Assembly (NCBI GenBank): GCA_001949185.1
Contig: BDGG01000003.1
Location: forward strand, 4,137,158 to 4,201,157
Reading direction: 5' to 3'
DNA from: Ramazzottius varieornatus
Taxonomy: Eukaryota > Animalia > Tardigrada
Length of the DNA: 64,000 bases
How positions within the stretch are numbered: position 1 is the first letter of the stretch; the number at the start of each line of letters is the position of its first letter. The notes below the pieces were generated by a model, which was not told the origin of the DNA, did not search any database, and saw only the letters and a list, made by a program, of their open reading frames with translations. Position numbers and translations under genes: made by a program. Shown here in pieces: positions 1 to 13,553 of the stretch.

Positions 1-39
1 AGCGTGCGCCACTTGAGACAACGATATGCTGAAGTTTGT
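1..39. repeat. Intronic palindrome family, right arm only (window edge)
   Basis: agcgtgcgccacttgagacaacgat. Confidence 0.8.
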
Positions 40-149
40 ATGTCGAGCTCCTCTACGGCAGAGTAACTCAAGTGGGGGGAGCATAATGGGGCATTTATCG
101 AAGGCAGCGATGACGTTAAGCGCGTCGTCTGTTTAAAATGATGCCAAAA

Positions 150-424
150 TTATAAGACTCTTACTTGGTCACTGGTCACGGGCTTTTCCATGGCTTTCCA
201 GTATTACCCAGTAAGTGTACATGTTGCTCAGAAAATCCAGAGGGTAGATTAGCATCGAAGAACGGAGATGAGCGCGACTGAAATTTGTTTTGAAATATGG
301 AGTAATGGTTTCTCTTCTTGCAGGAAGGATGATTACCGCCAACTATATTCCGCCGATGAACTATCATCAGCTTTTCAAGGAATCGCTGAAGGCTGTCACA
401 CCTTTACCGCCATCGACAGCTTAA
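150..424 (+). CDS. Probable last exons of an unidentified gene entering from the left edge
   Basis: A donor gtaagt at ~211 and an acceptor ttgcag at ~323 join ...SLVTGFSMAFQYYP to RRMITANYIPPMNYHQLF...STA*. The frame and identity are uncertain. Confidence 0.3.
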
Positions 425-812
425 AACTTTTCACTTGTTGCTTTACTATCACATCTTTTCTTGGGTTAGAACAGAACATACCATACCACGATGGCTTCTC
501 AGTCAGCTTTTTATCCCTGCTACCTCCAACTGCGTTGTACATTGTCTATCTTTTGCTTCAGTGAGTTCGTACTGGCAAAAATTTCTTTATTACTACGTTT
601 TTGGTAGCTTTTTCGGATTCACATTCAGGCACATTTGTTTTGAAAGTTGTAAACTAGAAAATACTATTGTCTCAAACGGGCATATCATCTTGACAAGCCC
701 TCGTCATGGAAGATTACCGGAATCTAACACAAAATGTTCTGTATAAAACTAGAAAAACCATGCGAAGTAACGGTAAGACTGTAAAATCGTAGAGCGGCGT
801 TTGAAGTTGAGC

Positions 813-3800
813 TCAGTTGGTCAGTTCTTCCACGTAACTCAAGGGAAAATATCCGATCTGGAAAAGAACCACAAAGATAAGCTTGAGGGTTGCGGGCATG
901 GTGAACTGTGAAGTAGTACCGCTTTCGTGCTCTTGCATACAGTAAACCCACATTCGCAAGGTACACGTGTATGTAGGTGCTGGAAAGACGTACACGTCAA
1001 TCAGCGACATCTATCGTTCACCTGCGTACAGCAATCGGTAACGTATTGCTGCATATGTGTATGCAGGTGCGTGAGCGACTGCGGTCACTCGGCGCTCTTC
1101 AAGCTACGGATAAAGCAGGCTCTAGATTTCTGTAGTTACCTTTCCATTACATCGGCCTTTCCACCAGCCGCGCTGTTCACCAGCTCGTGCCAGAATCTCC
1201 ACCTCATCACCCACACTGATCGTAAGCATATTAGCTGCCGTAGCGGAGAAGTTGTAGCGCACAACTGCGCGAGGATAAACGGGCTCTTCGCCGGGTTCGC
1301 CACTCCCCGAGGTCTGAGGCAACAACGCTTTCTTGTACGGTATCTTCAAATTGCAGTTCATGCCTTGGAAAGACTGGGCTAAACTGTTGTTCTCGTACCA
1401 CTGTACAAGTTCGGGTACGCTGCGGAAGTACTTTGCGGGTGCCAGGAAGAAGTTGTTCTCTGCTTGGAGGACCTTGATATGACGCACTTTGTCCTCGTAC
1501 CTAAAAGAGCAATCTAATTGTTACTCCCTCCATTATTACCAGAGGGAAAGCGCGTAAACTTACTTGATACTTATGGCTTTGTAAGATTCGCCTTTGTTAC
1601 TGATCCTCAAAAGGAATGTTCCGTTAGGAAACTTCTGAAGGATATCTCCAGCTTTGTCTCGGTCCATGCGACCCGCGAACCACGGGAATCCACTGAGCTG
1701 TTGCTCGTCCTCAGACTGGTAACTGAAGCTGCCGTTGGAAGATGGCGAGAAGGGATTGAAAGGCGAGACTGGGTTCGGTGTGGCAGGCGACAGCACGCTG
1801 CTGCGCGAGTTAGCACGAGGTAGTAGTACTCCGTTTTCCCTTTCTTGGTTCGGACTGTCTCTGCTAGTGGAAGAGCTCGGAGAAGCGGACTCCTCCCTCA
1901 GCGAAGCAGTGCTGCCTTGGCTGGAAGGACTTTCACCGAAGGAAGGTGTACCGGTGAATGCACCCATCGACATGGTCCGGGGGTTTCTCATCTTGTTCGT
2001 CGGTGGAAAGCCACCTGAAACAAGAAACGTTAAACCTGAGCCAAGGAATCTGAGAAGCCGGCAAGTAAAGTGGCGCACTCTTTCAGCCACAACGACTACG
2101 GTGCATCACTCGGAGAAGAAAACAACCGAAGTCGATAACCCGCCGTTTCCTCAAGTGGCGCATGCCGCCGGTGTTACTGGCTGAAAGCGTGCGCCACTAG
2201 GTACGACCTCCTCGAGGTTCTTTGCCCATGTTCCGATTAACGAAACAACCACCCGAATTGGTCACGACTCACCTGAAGAATGTCGATGGCTTTTGGTCAA
2301 AGACGATTGCGACCTCGAAGAAATCGTCGGTTTGGTGTTACACTCCGTGAAGGGAATACACTGCTTGTGTACTGCGCCCTTACATACGGAACATTCGTAT
2401 CCCTGGAAGAAGGAACCGAGCAGGAACTTGTCACAAAAGACACATAACGTTGGCTGGCTGAAAGAGGTAAACGACAGGCGATGTGGAACGTGGTTGGGTA
2501 GCGTTGAAGGCTCCAAACTCTCACTACAAACACTTGAAATAAAGCACGCATTTCTCGTGTTACAAACTCAGAATAAGCAACAGAAACAGAAGGACTTTGT
2601 TTACAGAGCCGTTTTGATTGCTGTAATCCACTTCTCGCGCAAGCTCTCGGTCTTTACCGCCATTGTGTAGGCTACGCGGTGGTCCTTTGAATTGAAAATG
2701 TGCCACTGATGACTCCACTGCAAATACAGGCGTGTATCGTCATACTCCGATTATTCAGAATATTTATCGACAGAGACATTCAATGCGAAATATACTGCCT
2801 TATTTCTAACATCCGCACAGAAACTTCCACGCGCATAATTCATCCTATCGAGGACCGGTAACAGCACTCGACAGAATCTCCTTTCCAAGTGGCACGCGCT
2901 CTCAGCCAACAACAATGGCAACATGCGCCATTCGGAAAAAAGATCCTGCCGAGTTCGTTTCCAAGCTCTCGTGCTTCTTATAAGTGCTGAATGTCGTACC
3001 TTATCACGTAATGGTTTGACCGGCAGAGTTTCGTCCACCCGGAAGTCGTTGATAACCAATGCGCTTTTGTACGTATACTGATTTGCCTGTTGAAGAAAAA
3101 AGACTATCCATTGTTTACTGTACTGAAACAGCCAGACAAGACTTGTGTAAACAAAATTCACCTTCAGAGGCTTCGCGATGAGCAGCACGCGGTTAAACAC
3201 GAAGATGTGCCTAACGATCAAAAACTCATAAAAAAACAGTAACTCATAAGAAAACGTATAAAAAACCTCCGAAGAGTTTTGACTCACCGAGTTTTGGGAC
3301 TGGTAGCCTCGTGAGGTCGGAACCGTACGATGCCGTCTATCAGTAGTCGACCATACTCAGTGAGATGTGTGTCTGGATTCGGCATATTCAGGTCCACAAT
3401 GCTAGATTCGACGGTCTTGATGATGTCGATCATCTCGCTGTCTCGCTTGACTTCATTGACGTAGTTTGCCAAGTCTATCATGATATTGAAGGCCGTTTCC
3501 AGTTCTTCCAAGTCTTTTTTAGGCGAAGTACTGGAGAACTTCTTCAAGGTAGACAGCAGCAGATGGTACTTTAGTATTCGCTGCATCGGTAGACTGAGAA
3601 GGTCACGGAGGCGAAACTTCCCATCATTCGTCTCATTTTGACTTCGCTGGAAAAAGCAAACAAAGCATGAACAAACAGCAAAAAATCACAGAAGTAAAAT
3701 AAAAACAAAATGGATGTTCGCCAAACAAACTCGATAGTATCGTTTCCCCAGTGGCGCACGCTTCCGGACGGTGACAGTGACAAAGTGCGCTACTTGGGAA

Positions 3801-5323
3801 AACAATCTTGTTGAGTTTGTGTGGCGAGCTCCACAAAATTTGAAAATTTTGATAATTTACTAAAAAAAATAAAATTAAGATTCAGGAAAAGTATTCATCA
3901 ATAAACATACCCTTTTCAAGTCAAGTCAAATCAAGCTAAAATTCCAACCTTGATGACATCTCCGACGGACGCATCTGCTTTGCACAGTTCATCCAATCGC
4001 TGCTGTGCTCGCGGCAGTTCAGCACAGTACCGGCCATACTTGGTGAAATCTGTTCGCCACTTGAGAAAACATTCCTTTATTTTCGTTTCCATGTTAGCCT
4101 GTGGTGGTTGACAGGCCTTCTTCAGGTCCGCGAAGAAGCCAGCATGACACTGGGCCAACTCCTCAATGTTGATAAAGACGGTCAACACGTCGTCAGCCGT
4201 CATCGCGTTTTTCACCGCCTTCAGGAACTTGTTCACGATCATCTGCAAGGCTTCCAAGTAGTTTCTCTCTGTGTCAAGGAGCTCTTCGATGCAGTATTCA
4301 CGTTTAACTTTCGCCTCTGGTGCTTGGTCAACCTGACACAACAGGCAAGAAAGATAAAGTCGATCCTCAATTTGATTTATGGGCTTTTAGATTCTAGCGC
4401 TTCAGTTGCAAAGATATAATATGAGAGGAAAAACTCTGGAAAAAATATCGAACCTTTCTAGCCGGAAGATTGTTATACACCACTTCTTCATACAGGTGTT
4501 CTTCTTCTTTCGACGTGCGAAGAACGTGTGCGGGCTCCAGCGGACCATCAGGATCGTTTGACGAATCATTTCTACAACGAATACAGAGATTCATATCCAA
4601 GCATAGTCTACAAGACAGATATTGGAGTGCGAATCTTCACTTACTCTGCCCACTCTTCCTCGAGTTTTCTGAAGGGTTCCAAGTTGTAATATTCGACTTG
4701 ATTTGTGGGAGGTCTCGTCGGAAACTGCGGAAACCCTCTTCCTTGTACTGCTTGTGTTTTTGATAGATCCGACAGACACTCGATCACCTAAGCAGTAACA
4801 ACAATGTAAACATGGCCCATATACCAGCCGCGTAAGTTACACGCAACACGAAATTATTGATAGTAGAACAAGTCATAAACTACCTTGACAAAGTCAGGAC
4901 CCAGCTCCAGGAGCATTAAAGGCTCGAACAACTGTCCCGGTTTCATCCCGAAGTGTATCTGGCACGTCTTCAGAAACAAGTTGATATTCTTCATGCAGAG
5001 AAACTGTAATTAACCATAAACGAGTTGATTAAATAGATACATTCGGTTCATGAACCCTTTACCATATCCATAAGCATATTATTGCTGCATGAAAAGACCT
5101 CGTAGAACCTTACCTCGGACATCTGTGGCCGAAGATTGATGGCCGTCAAATCCAGGCATTTCGGTTTGAGAATATGCAGAAGCTGACAAAGTATGGATCC
5201 ATCCTGTAGAGTTCGGGCAAGGTCCAGCACTTGAGCCTGAGGCCACGTAACGCGGTGGTTCCCAGGAAGTGCTTGGCATCGCACCAGCCACGAAACGCAG
5301 TCTTTCCACAGATGCTCAGCCAT
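813..5323 (-). CDS. vav: Vav Rho/Rac guanine-nucleotide exchange factor (CH-acidic-DH-PH-C1-SH2-SH3), multi-exon
   Basis: N-terminus MAEHLWKDCVSWLVRC...LARTLQDGSILCQLL (CH); YEEVVY acidic region; DH (REYCIEELLDTERNY, MQRILKYHLLL); C1 (H..CVFCDKFLLG..CSVC..HKQC); SH2 (WFAGRMDR, GTFLLR); SH3 completed by a last exon at 857-813 (IGYFPLSYVEE). Confidence 0.95.
2060..2226. repeat. Intronic palindrome family, double core (Vav intron 2272-2015)
   Basis: Two AAGTGGCGCA...TGCGCCACT units. Confidence 0.85.
2857..2962. repeat. Intronic palindrome family (Vav intron)
   Basis: 35-bp stem and 25-nt spacer. Confidence 0.9.
3719..3826. repeat. Intronic palindrome family (Vav intron)
   Basis: Full-length arms. 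Confidence 0.92.
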
Positions 5324-5898
5324 GACGACTGCCAGGACAATGGAACAGGTTCTCTACGAAGTCAGAGAATGGGGATGGCGATCAAAGAGAAGAATTAGAA
5401 CTCCGGAAGACTTGGTAACTGTCATTGAAGGATACTGCCGTCTACCAGGCTACTTGATCCATCCTTTCACTCCGTATTCCGAGAAAGTCTGAACTCTGGT
5501 GGGAAAGATAAGCGAACGGCAAAGACTACTTCCGTTCAAAGATATCGCTGCAAGGATTTCGAATGTTTGTTTTGATTTGAAAGAAACTTGGCATGTTCTG
5601 TATAGAGATTGCGCTAAACGACAAATGGAATCGTGCGCGAATGTTCGAAACCGGAGTTGCGAGTTATGCATATTATAAAGCTTCACTCTGTTGACTGATT
5701 GAAGAATTATCTTTACGGTTGCCCCGTGCTCTTGGCGTAGTTTGTGTGAAGTTCGTTCGCACAAGGATGTTAACTTGTCTTCTTCTTGCCTCCAGAATCT
5801 GTGTACTCACAAGAGCCTATATCTTGACGTGGGGATCGAGCTTGCGGATTGACTGCAGGGTAACACAACCGCATCGGAAGACCTTGCTCGGCGCAAGG

Positions 5899-7237
5899 AT
5901 GAATGTTCTACAGGTGCGTTAGGTGTCTCATGATGATCGTAATACTGAGTACGCTGTATGCAATTGCTTGTTGCGTCTATCTAAAGTCTACACCGGAAGT
6001 TGATTCCAGTTTGTGCTAACTATATGCGTATCGTAGTCTTCGTTCTGTCGGTTGTGTGGATATGGAGCTCGACAGCTGACCACGACAAGCGTTTGGGCGA
6101 GAAGTACGGGCATCATCAAAGGACGACCAAACAGAAGTCCTAATTCGAGAGAAGACGTAAGCTGTATCCATCAAACAATGCTTCTCGAAGCACAGTGCAT
6201 CTAATTTGCGTTGTAGGAAGATGGAGATCAGCAGCAAACACCGCCGTTCAAGCCCATCGGGAGGAAGAAGGGTGGAGAAGAGCCAGCAGCGTCCCTAGAA
6301 CCTCAGCAAAACATCCGCAACATCCCACCTAGTTTGCGGAACAGATATCGGCTGTTTGAAGACGAAGCAGAGGAAGTCCGTGATTCGAATCAGGCTCAAT
6401 GGATAGAAATCGAAGCGCCGGAGGAAGAGGATACGACAAATGAATTCGAAGGACTCAGCTTAACACGTCAGTACTGTATATCATCTCGTGTTAGAAGTTC
6501 AAACCGGAAGTAGGTTGTAATCAAGCTGAATTCAATTGCAGGTGGGAAGACTGGAGTGATAGATATCCATGAACTTGTCGATGTGTTGCAACAGGAAAAC
6601 GCCGTCGACCTCTGTGTGGTGTCCATCCCTCCGGAAGTCAAATTTGCGGACTATATGGTGGTTGTGTGTGGAAAGTCCTCTCGTCAACTAATGGGCATGG
6701 CGAAATTCGTGTCGCGCTACGTAAGTTTTCTGAGCAATTTTTCTATGTAAGTTTTTAGGCATGTTTTTTGACGGGTTCTCAGCTGGCCAGTAACAACCGA
6801 GCAAAAGCTTCCGACAAGTAACGCATAAAGAGGAGATCGAATGAGAACGCAAATTGTTTTTCCTGTTCCAGTACAAAGCAAAAAAGAACGTTAAGGATCC
6901 TTTCCTGAATAGTTCTATTGCCAACTGGAAAACAAACTGGATAGTTTTGGATTTAGGTACGTGGTATCGTTTTGCTGGTTCCAAACAGAAATTTCGCTGG
7001 TTTATGGGAATGTCTTACGCCTAGTACTTCGCAGGCAATATCATCGTTCACTTCATGGATGCCCACGTGAGGAAAGCGTACGATATCGAAGCGCTTTGGG
7101 CGTTAGGTTCGGAGAACGATCCTCAGAGTCAGCAGTATCTGAACCCCGACATTGCCTTGATGGAGAAGCATTCTCGAGTGTTTGTTGAGACTCCAAATGC
7201 TGATACTGCTGGAGCACGCCAGACTAAGTCGTCGTGA
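5899..7237 (+). CDS. MALSU1: Mitochondrial ribosome large-subunit assembly factor (RsfS/Iojap family)
   Basis: ELVDVLQQENAVDLCVVSIPPEVKFADYMVVVCGKSSRQL...WIVLDLGNIIVHFMDAHVRKAYDIEALW, plus a basic mitochondrial-type N-terminus. The start is inferred from splicing. Confidence 0.88.
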
Positions 7238-7586
7238 AGATTCTGGTTTTCAGTTTTGACCGTCTCCTTTTACCGAAGGTATGACTCCACTGTATGAGCT
7301 TCAATAGTTTTAGCACTTTCAAACGGATTCCGCTGCGGCATCTTCTCTTCCGCCCGTGCGAATCAGTGAAATCGTATAAAGTAACCAAAGACATTGGAGT
7401 TACTGGTCCTGTTTATGTTGGTACGCCATTGTCTCCCCGTGAAGCGACCTAGGGAAGATAGCACGCCCTTTCGCTGTTCGACCCTTCTGCTGGATATTCA
7501 CTGGAGGAACTTGAAGTATTCTGACTCGGCGAGACGCAAAGCCACAATCAGAGCCTATTGGCTCCATTCCCAAAACAAACATTCCA

Positions 7587-8831
7587 TCAAAATGTCCCAT
7601 CCGCGTTGAACGGGAACTCTGCAGTGTCTCCAGAAGGACCAGAACATATGGCCTGACCGAGCCTCAAAGCCTCATGCAAGGTATTCAGCTGACGTCTCGC
7701 CCATTCTTCCATCTCTCTACTTTTCTCAAGTGCCTTTCTTACTTCTTGGGCGTTTTTCTTCACCGGGTCTTGTGCACCAGGACGCGGAAGAATGTTTCGC
7801 GGCATTCTGCCGATCGTCCGACTCTGTTTGCCTGCCTCGTGTTCATCACATCGAGCCGAGGTCCTCGCCGTCTCGGATGGCGCTATCGTTATATGAGGAC
7901 CGTTACCCGAATGCGAAGAAGCCGTTTCGTCATCATGCTTACTGTCTTGCGAGGAACTGTTGAGCTGGGCGCTTTTTGCCCTGGCTTCCTGCCTCAACTT
8001 TGATTTTTCAAGCTCTTCCTTGTTCTGTCTGGACCACTGGCTAGCAAGCTTTTTCAGTTGGCTCTTCCGCTGCCGCGCCCTTTCCTGCTCTATGCCGATA
8101 TCCGGTCCTAGTCCACCTAGCTTGATATCCAGCTGGAGTTCCCGGTAGTTCCTTAGAGTGTATCGTCTGGAAGGCTTTGGTTTCTTCATGGATTCACTTT
8201 GTTCGTCTTGAATGCTCGAACGGCACCGAGCTTGAAACAAAGCCTTGGGTTGAACAGTACTTCCGGGTACGCTGTTCAAAGGACGAACATCCGGACACAG
8301 CGGAAATTGAGTAGGGCTGCAGTCGGTGTTGATCAACGGCGCTATCGCCACTTTCGGAAAACTGGAAAACGTGTGAGTTTCAGGTGGAGTTGTTGTTTCA
8401 TCGTCATCTAGTGAATCATTTGCCTCTGTTCTTTCGGGACTTGTCGGAGCTATGGAAGGAAGACGTGCTCGGCACTTTGGAGGAGCGGCTTTGTTCAGCT
8501 CGTGTTTATCGGTGGTGACGGCACTAAATAACTTTTTGTGTTGCAGAGTTTTCATTTGCCCTCAAATAAATAGCAAAGAATGGATACGATCACAAAGAGA
8601 GAAATTACAATGGACGCTGGGTAGTCGGCTCATGCATGGCAACATATCTTCGCCACCACTCGACGTGACTTCCGAGTACCGCTTTTGGCAACAGACGTTT
8701 CGGGCACTTTCGGCTCGCAGGGCTTCCGCCTGGTCGTGCGCTGTATCCAAGTTTTCGAAATGTTGGTGGAAGGTAGGATGCCGGTGACTGGAACTTAGCG
8801 GCTGTATTCGCCACATGAGAGAACAGTCCAT
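7587..8831 (-). CDS. Jhy-like (C11orf63-type) low-complexity protein; boundaries uncertain
   Basis: A 322-aa ORF carries the motif RRYTLRNYRELQLDIKLGGLGPD followed by a coiled coil, resembling the Jhy conserved block from memory. An upstream exon is likely in 8605-8831. Confidence 0.5.
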
Positions 8832-9239
8832 GTAGCCAGTGCTAGGAAGACGACATCACACTGTTTTATGGTTCCGTCTTCTGCGTCTTTTAATGTACCG
8901 AGATGCTGCACGTCTGCAGAATGTCAGACTGCGCAAACTCTTCAAGACATTTCAGTGTCGGTGTTATGTCGTCAAAGCGCGACTCACGATGTCATCCGAC
9001 CGGAATGTTCAGTTAAATTAACATGATAGAAACCCGCTGAAATATTTCTGAAAAGCGTGCCTATGAAGTACCACTAAGCTAGGTGTAATGGAACGGTTAG
9101 ACAGCATCGCAAGCTTACTAAGCGCATGTTCGAGTTCTCGAAAGCCCTACAGTAGAATAGCTCGATCCATTGTCCAGCTGGAAAATTTACATGCGCACTG
9201 ACCGGTATCAGGGATTTTGGGTCTATAGTTAATTCAATT

Positions 9240-10916
9240 ATGATGTGTCATCCGCGGAGCCGGAAGTTCCATACAGCATGCGTCAATATACTGACCAAAC
9301 TTCTCTATTACACCGGACTACTTCCCCATACCGATTCAAAGCGGACTTTGTTGTACTCTTTCAGAACTGGCGTGGTGATAGGTGCTGCTTTCATTGCTCT
9401 AACGTTCGAAGTAATCTCAAACGTTCAGAATCTGATCAACTTCTCCCGTCAGAAGAACGGCGCGAAGGTGGTCCAAGTTGTCTACGCTGCAAAATACGTC
9501 ATTCGGGTAACTGTGACTTTTATTGTCATTGTTGTGTTCTCGAGAAGCTCTCGCGGACTGCAAAGAGTCAGCGACGAACTTGGAGGAGTTCCCAAAGACC
9601 AGCATGCTTTCGCCTTCTCGGAACAATCCTCTAAATCTATCTGGCTTCCATTCATCACGCTGTTGACGTTTGTCGTGTATTACCTGTCCCATTGCGTGAC
9701 TCGCGTCTACACAATGCTGATCAACGAGACGACGTACGCCGAGTTCCCGGGTGGGATATTGACTGCAGCTCAAGAGGATGTGGTAGTTCTGGTCACCAGA
9801 AACTCCACAGAAGCCGTCAGAGTTTTGTGCGCCGGATACCTCGGCCACCTGTTGATTACGTTTGCAAATAAACAAGTAAGAGAGGCCGAAACTATTCTGA
9901 GAACAGAGATGGGTGATTCGGAGAACCCGGAAGTGCTCGAGACTGTTTTACGCTCGGCATGGGTAACCAGAGAACGGACTCTTGGAATAAGCAGGATTAT
10001 TGAGAGAGAACTGCAGCTGCTGCTGACGGTAGTTTTGGTAGCTGACATTCTCAGTATCGCCAGCTGCGTGGGGGAAGTTTTGGCTCCTGAGAACGTCTTC
10101 AAAAGCGTCCGGCTCTTGACGTACATGTTGTTGTATGTTGTCAGCAGTGTCAATATATTCACTGGACTGATAAAAATAACGGACAAGGTACGACCGTCGA
10201 CAGTCATTTTTCGAACGATGTCCCAATCGTGGATACTATGATTTGTATGGAAGCTCGGCAAACCAGCTCAACCAGATCCTTTTCCCAAGTGGCGCACGTT
10301 GCCAGCCAATGCACTGGAAACGTACGCAGCTTGGAAATATGGTCGATATTGTTTGCCGAGCTCAGATATTGTGTACCGTCTCTTATTTCAGGACCAAAGC
10401 ACTTATGTGGCTCTTCAGGAGGTCCAGTCCAGAATAGCACTGATCAGCGATTCACAACCTCCAACCAAGAAGCCTGGTGGGCTCGTCGGCGTCAGCATTA
10501 TTTCGGCTCAACAACTGCTCAAAGACTGCACTTTCGGTCAGTTTCACTCGAATTCGAGACCATCAACATCTTCAAAAACCGATATACGTAGTCTTCTCGA
10601 GGACCTCCAGATATTTTCCTTCAGTTGTTTCGGACCACGAAAAATTTCCCCAGAACTGCGTGCTTTTGGGCATGTCAACGAAACAACTATCATCAAGGTA
10701 GACTTATCACACTGCAGATACGACGCAAACTGTGGCATTGTTTGTGTCATAAAAAATGGCCTTTATGGTTTGCAGATTATAGGTGTGTTCATCGCACTGT
10801 TTGCCTTCCTGTTCGAACAGAACGACCAACCGGTGTTATCTCATGTCAGTCCGAATGGGTTCTTCTCTTCCGCCGTATCGCTCAACTCATTTACAAACAC
10901 CACAATGCGTGACTGA
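9240..10916 (+). CDS. Gustatory-receptor-like 7TM chemoreceptor
   Basis: A long first exon has multiple hydrophobic helices, followed by short 3' exons and a TM7-like end (TTIIK/IIGVFIALFAFLFEQ). This exon layout is typical of the GR superfamily. Confidence 0.55.
10252..10362. repeat. Intronic palindrome family (GR-like intron)
   Basis: agctcggcaaac...gtttgccgagct clamp plus core. Confidence 0.9.
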
Positions 10917-11103
10917 ATCCAACAGTCACACTCATCCCTCGAGTGAGGTCGCATTACAGTCAGAGATCTGCAGTTTCCAAACTTTGAAAATTAATATTCA
11001 AATAAACGAGGGGAAATTCCAAACTGATCGACGCATCAACAACTGATACTAGAAGCAATACTCAACATCATAGGCCGAGAAAATAATAGAAATATGACTA
11101 TAT

Positions 11104-13104
11104 TTATACGAGAAGACTGGTCGTTGTCTCTTTGGGTTCTTCAACAGCCGATCCTGGTCCAGCTTCCTTCTTTTCCTCTTCCTTCCCAACTCCGTTACTC
11201 AGTCCAGCTTCTGAGCTCATGGAGATCCCTGAAGGCTCCCGGTGGTCCACCGGCCATATTTGGTACTTGGCCGGCATCCAGGCCTGCACAATACAGTCTT
11301 CGGCAACAGACGCTATCATCAGCTTCCTCCCCTGCGCAGGATTCCACGTCACATCTGTCACCCTTCCACTATGTCCTCCATGGACAAACTGCAGTTCAGC
11401 TGGTGTGGTCAAATCCACCCTCTCCTGCTTCTCCCCAATCTTCCTCACGTCCCACAGACATATCCGCCTATCCGCCCCACCCGACGCCAACAACGACGCT
11501 CTCTCCACGTCCTGACACCAGTCTATCGTAAAGACTTCATTCGTATGATACTTCAAACTGTGTAGCCGCCTCGACAGGTTCCTCATATCCCACAACGCCA
11601 CTGTACCATCGTCCGAACCCGTAGCTAAGATTGATTCACTTAACGCGAAGGAAATGGCGTTGACACTGGCTTCGTGGGCTTCTACACGATGACTAGGCTT
11701 AGCTAGGTTTCTACTGCGTATATCAAACAGACAAAAACACTTGTCGATACCCGCTGAACCTATGATGGTTGAATGAAGAGGATGCCATGCTATGTCTTGT
11801 ATCTCTGTATCGTGGCCTGTGACGGTCAAGTGCGGCTTAACATCTTGGCGGCGTTTCGCCCCACAAATGTCCCATACAAGTATTCTGCCGTCTTTTCCAC
11901 AACTGGCAACGTTACCTGCTTTGTGTTCGGAGGGGTTCCATGCGAGACCATGGGCGGAAGGAAATCTGAGATCGTGGCCTTGGAGTTCTAACATGGGTGG
12001 TTTCTCAACGATTGGGTCTTCGAAGGACCAGCCGTGTTTGAGTTCGCTCTTCCAGTCGTATATGACTACGCTACTGTCTGCGAGCTTCGCACAAACGAAC
12101 TCGTTCTTTTGTGGCATTACCCGAGCGTGCGTGATGGGAATGCTTTGGCAGATGATGCCATGGATGGAGATTATGTTCTGACTTCCGGTGAAGAGACCAA
12201 TGCTAGGACGAAATTCGGGAGTCTTTTCGTCTAACTTGCCGAAACCTTCGGGACCATCTTTCGGTGTGCGAACATTCAACAGGATGATACCGTTGAAGTG
12301 AGCTTCGGCGTCACCGCGGGCCGTTGTTCCTGTAGAACGGAGTTCCATCAAAATAAAGTAACTCACTTCAAGCGACTTCGATAAAGCGGCCGGCAAAAGC
12401 AGCGTACACGGTCGTTAAATAAAGTGGCGCACCTCTCCACTATTATTGGCCGGCAGCGTGCGCCACTTCCAACAGCGAGCCCTGTACATTCCCTTTGCCG
12501 GCCTCCCAGTTATTACAGGGATATATATCACCTTCATACCTATCACTACTTTCTGTTGTCGATATTCACAGCCACTTTCCGTATAGACCACCTGAAAGAA
12601 ATACAGCGGTCAGAAAGGGTATCGAAATGCGGGTTCGTCCACTGTAACGGAATTCGCCTGATGATAATTATAGGGACTACGCAGTCATTGCTTACTTCTT
12701 CAACGTCTTCGATCCAGTCGATGGTATAAGTAGGAAACTGGGTAGCCGTCATCATGAACATATCGTACAGAAACGGAATGTTCTTCTTCCATATCTTGTA
12801 TTCCTCATTGATTCGCTTGTCGTTTGTGTGACGAGGTGGTGGAGGTGCGCCATTTTCTGTTAACCCTCTTTCGGCCGATGGTGCTCTGGAGTTGTCTGCT
12901 GGCGTTGCGAGGCTAGCCACCGATGACGGAAACTCTGGAGCGGATAGACGAGACTCCTCGGCATCCATGTCGTACCCATGGTTAGACTCCTCCACACCAT
13001 TCTGTAACGAAACTATAAAGGAACACGTTAAACAGACTCTGCAACTGGAGTTAAGGTACCTCGAGGCCCGAATTCGAGTATTCTTCTGCTGTCATAATTT
13101 TCAT
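11104..13104 (-). CDS. Divergent RBBP4/RBBP7 (RbAp48/MSI1)-like WD40 histone-binding protein
   Basis: INEEYKIWKKNIPFLYD, ILATGSDDGTVALWDMRNL, LLASGGADRRICLWD and PAELQFVHGGHSGRVTDVTWNP..IASVAED are RBBP4 hallmarks. It has long N- and C-terminal extensions. Confidence 0.88.
12388..12503. repeat. Intronic palindrome family (RBBP4-like intron)
   Basis: Perfect core; outer arms diverged but still paired. Confidence 0.9.
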
Positions 13105-13553
13105 GGAATCAACCGTGGATCGCAGAAACAAGAGCAGTATCAAACTGACCACTGGTCAATCACAGATTCTTATGGGAACCTGCGCGTTTTTGAGCGGACA
13201 CGAATCAAACGATTTGCAAAACCATCCATTAGTTTCTTTTCAAGTCCAGGACACCAGGACCCAGCAGAATGTAACGAGATTCTCGTTAACTACGATTCTC
13301 ATTAAATCAATCAAAGGATGTTAACTATGAATTTTTTACGCAGTCTCCACTCTGTAATTCGTTAATCAAGAAGCTTTTAACTTCCGGTCCGGGAATTTAT
13401 CTTATGTATGATGTGCCGGACGTGGTGTGTTTGACTTTGACCAAAATTTACTTCCGATGTGCCGCGGATCAAGTTCAACCCGCTACGAAGAGTTGCCCAG
13501 AATGAGCTGGAGCTGTTGGCGTGTATGAGACTTCGATTCGTGCGTTCCATCGA

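Noticed and set aside
813-2516. Vav lacking the N-terminal SH3
   Set aside because: This is normal for invertebrate Vav proteins.
3750-3762. TGGCGCA as a tRNA/SINE A-box
   Set aside because: No B-box, cloverleaf or tail is present, and the motif occurs as an inverted pair.
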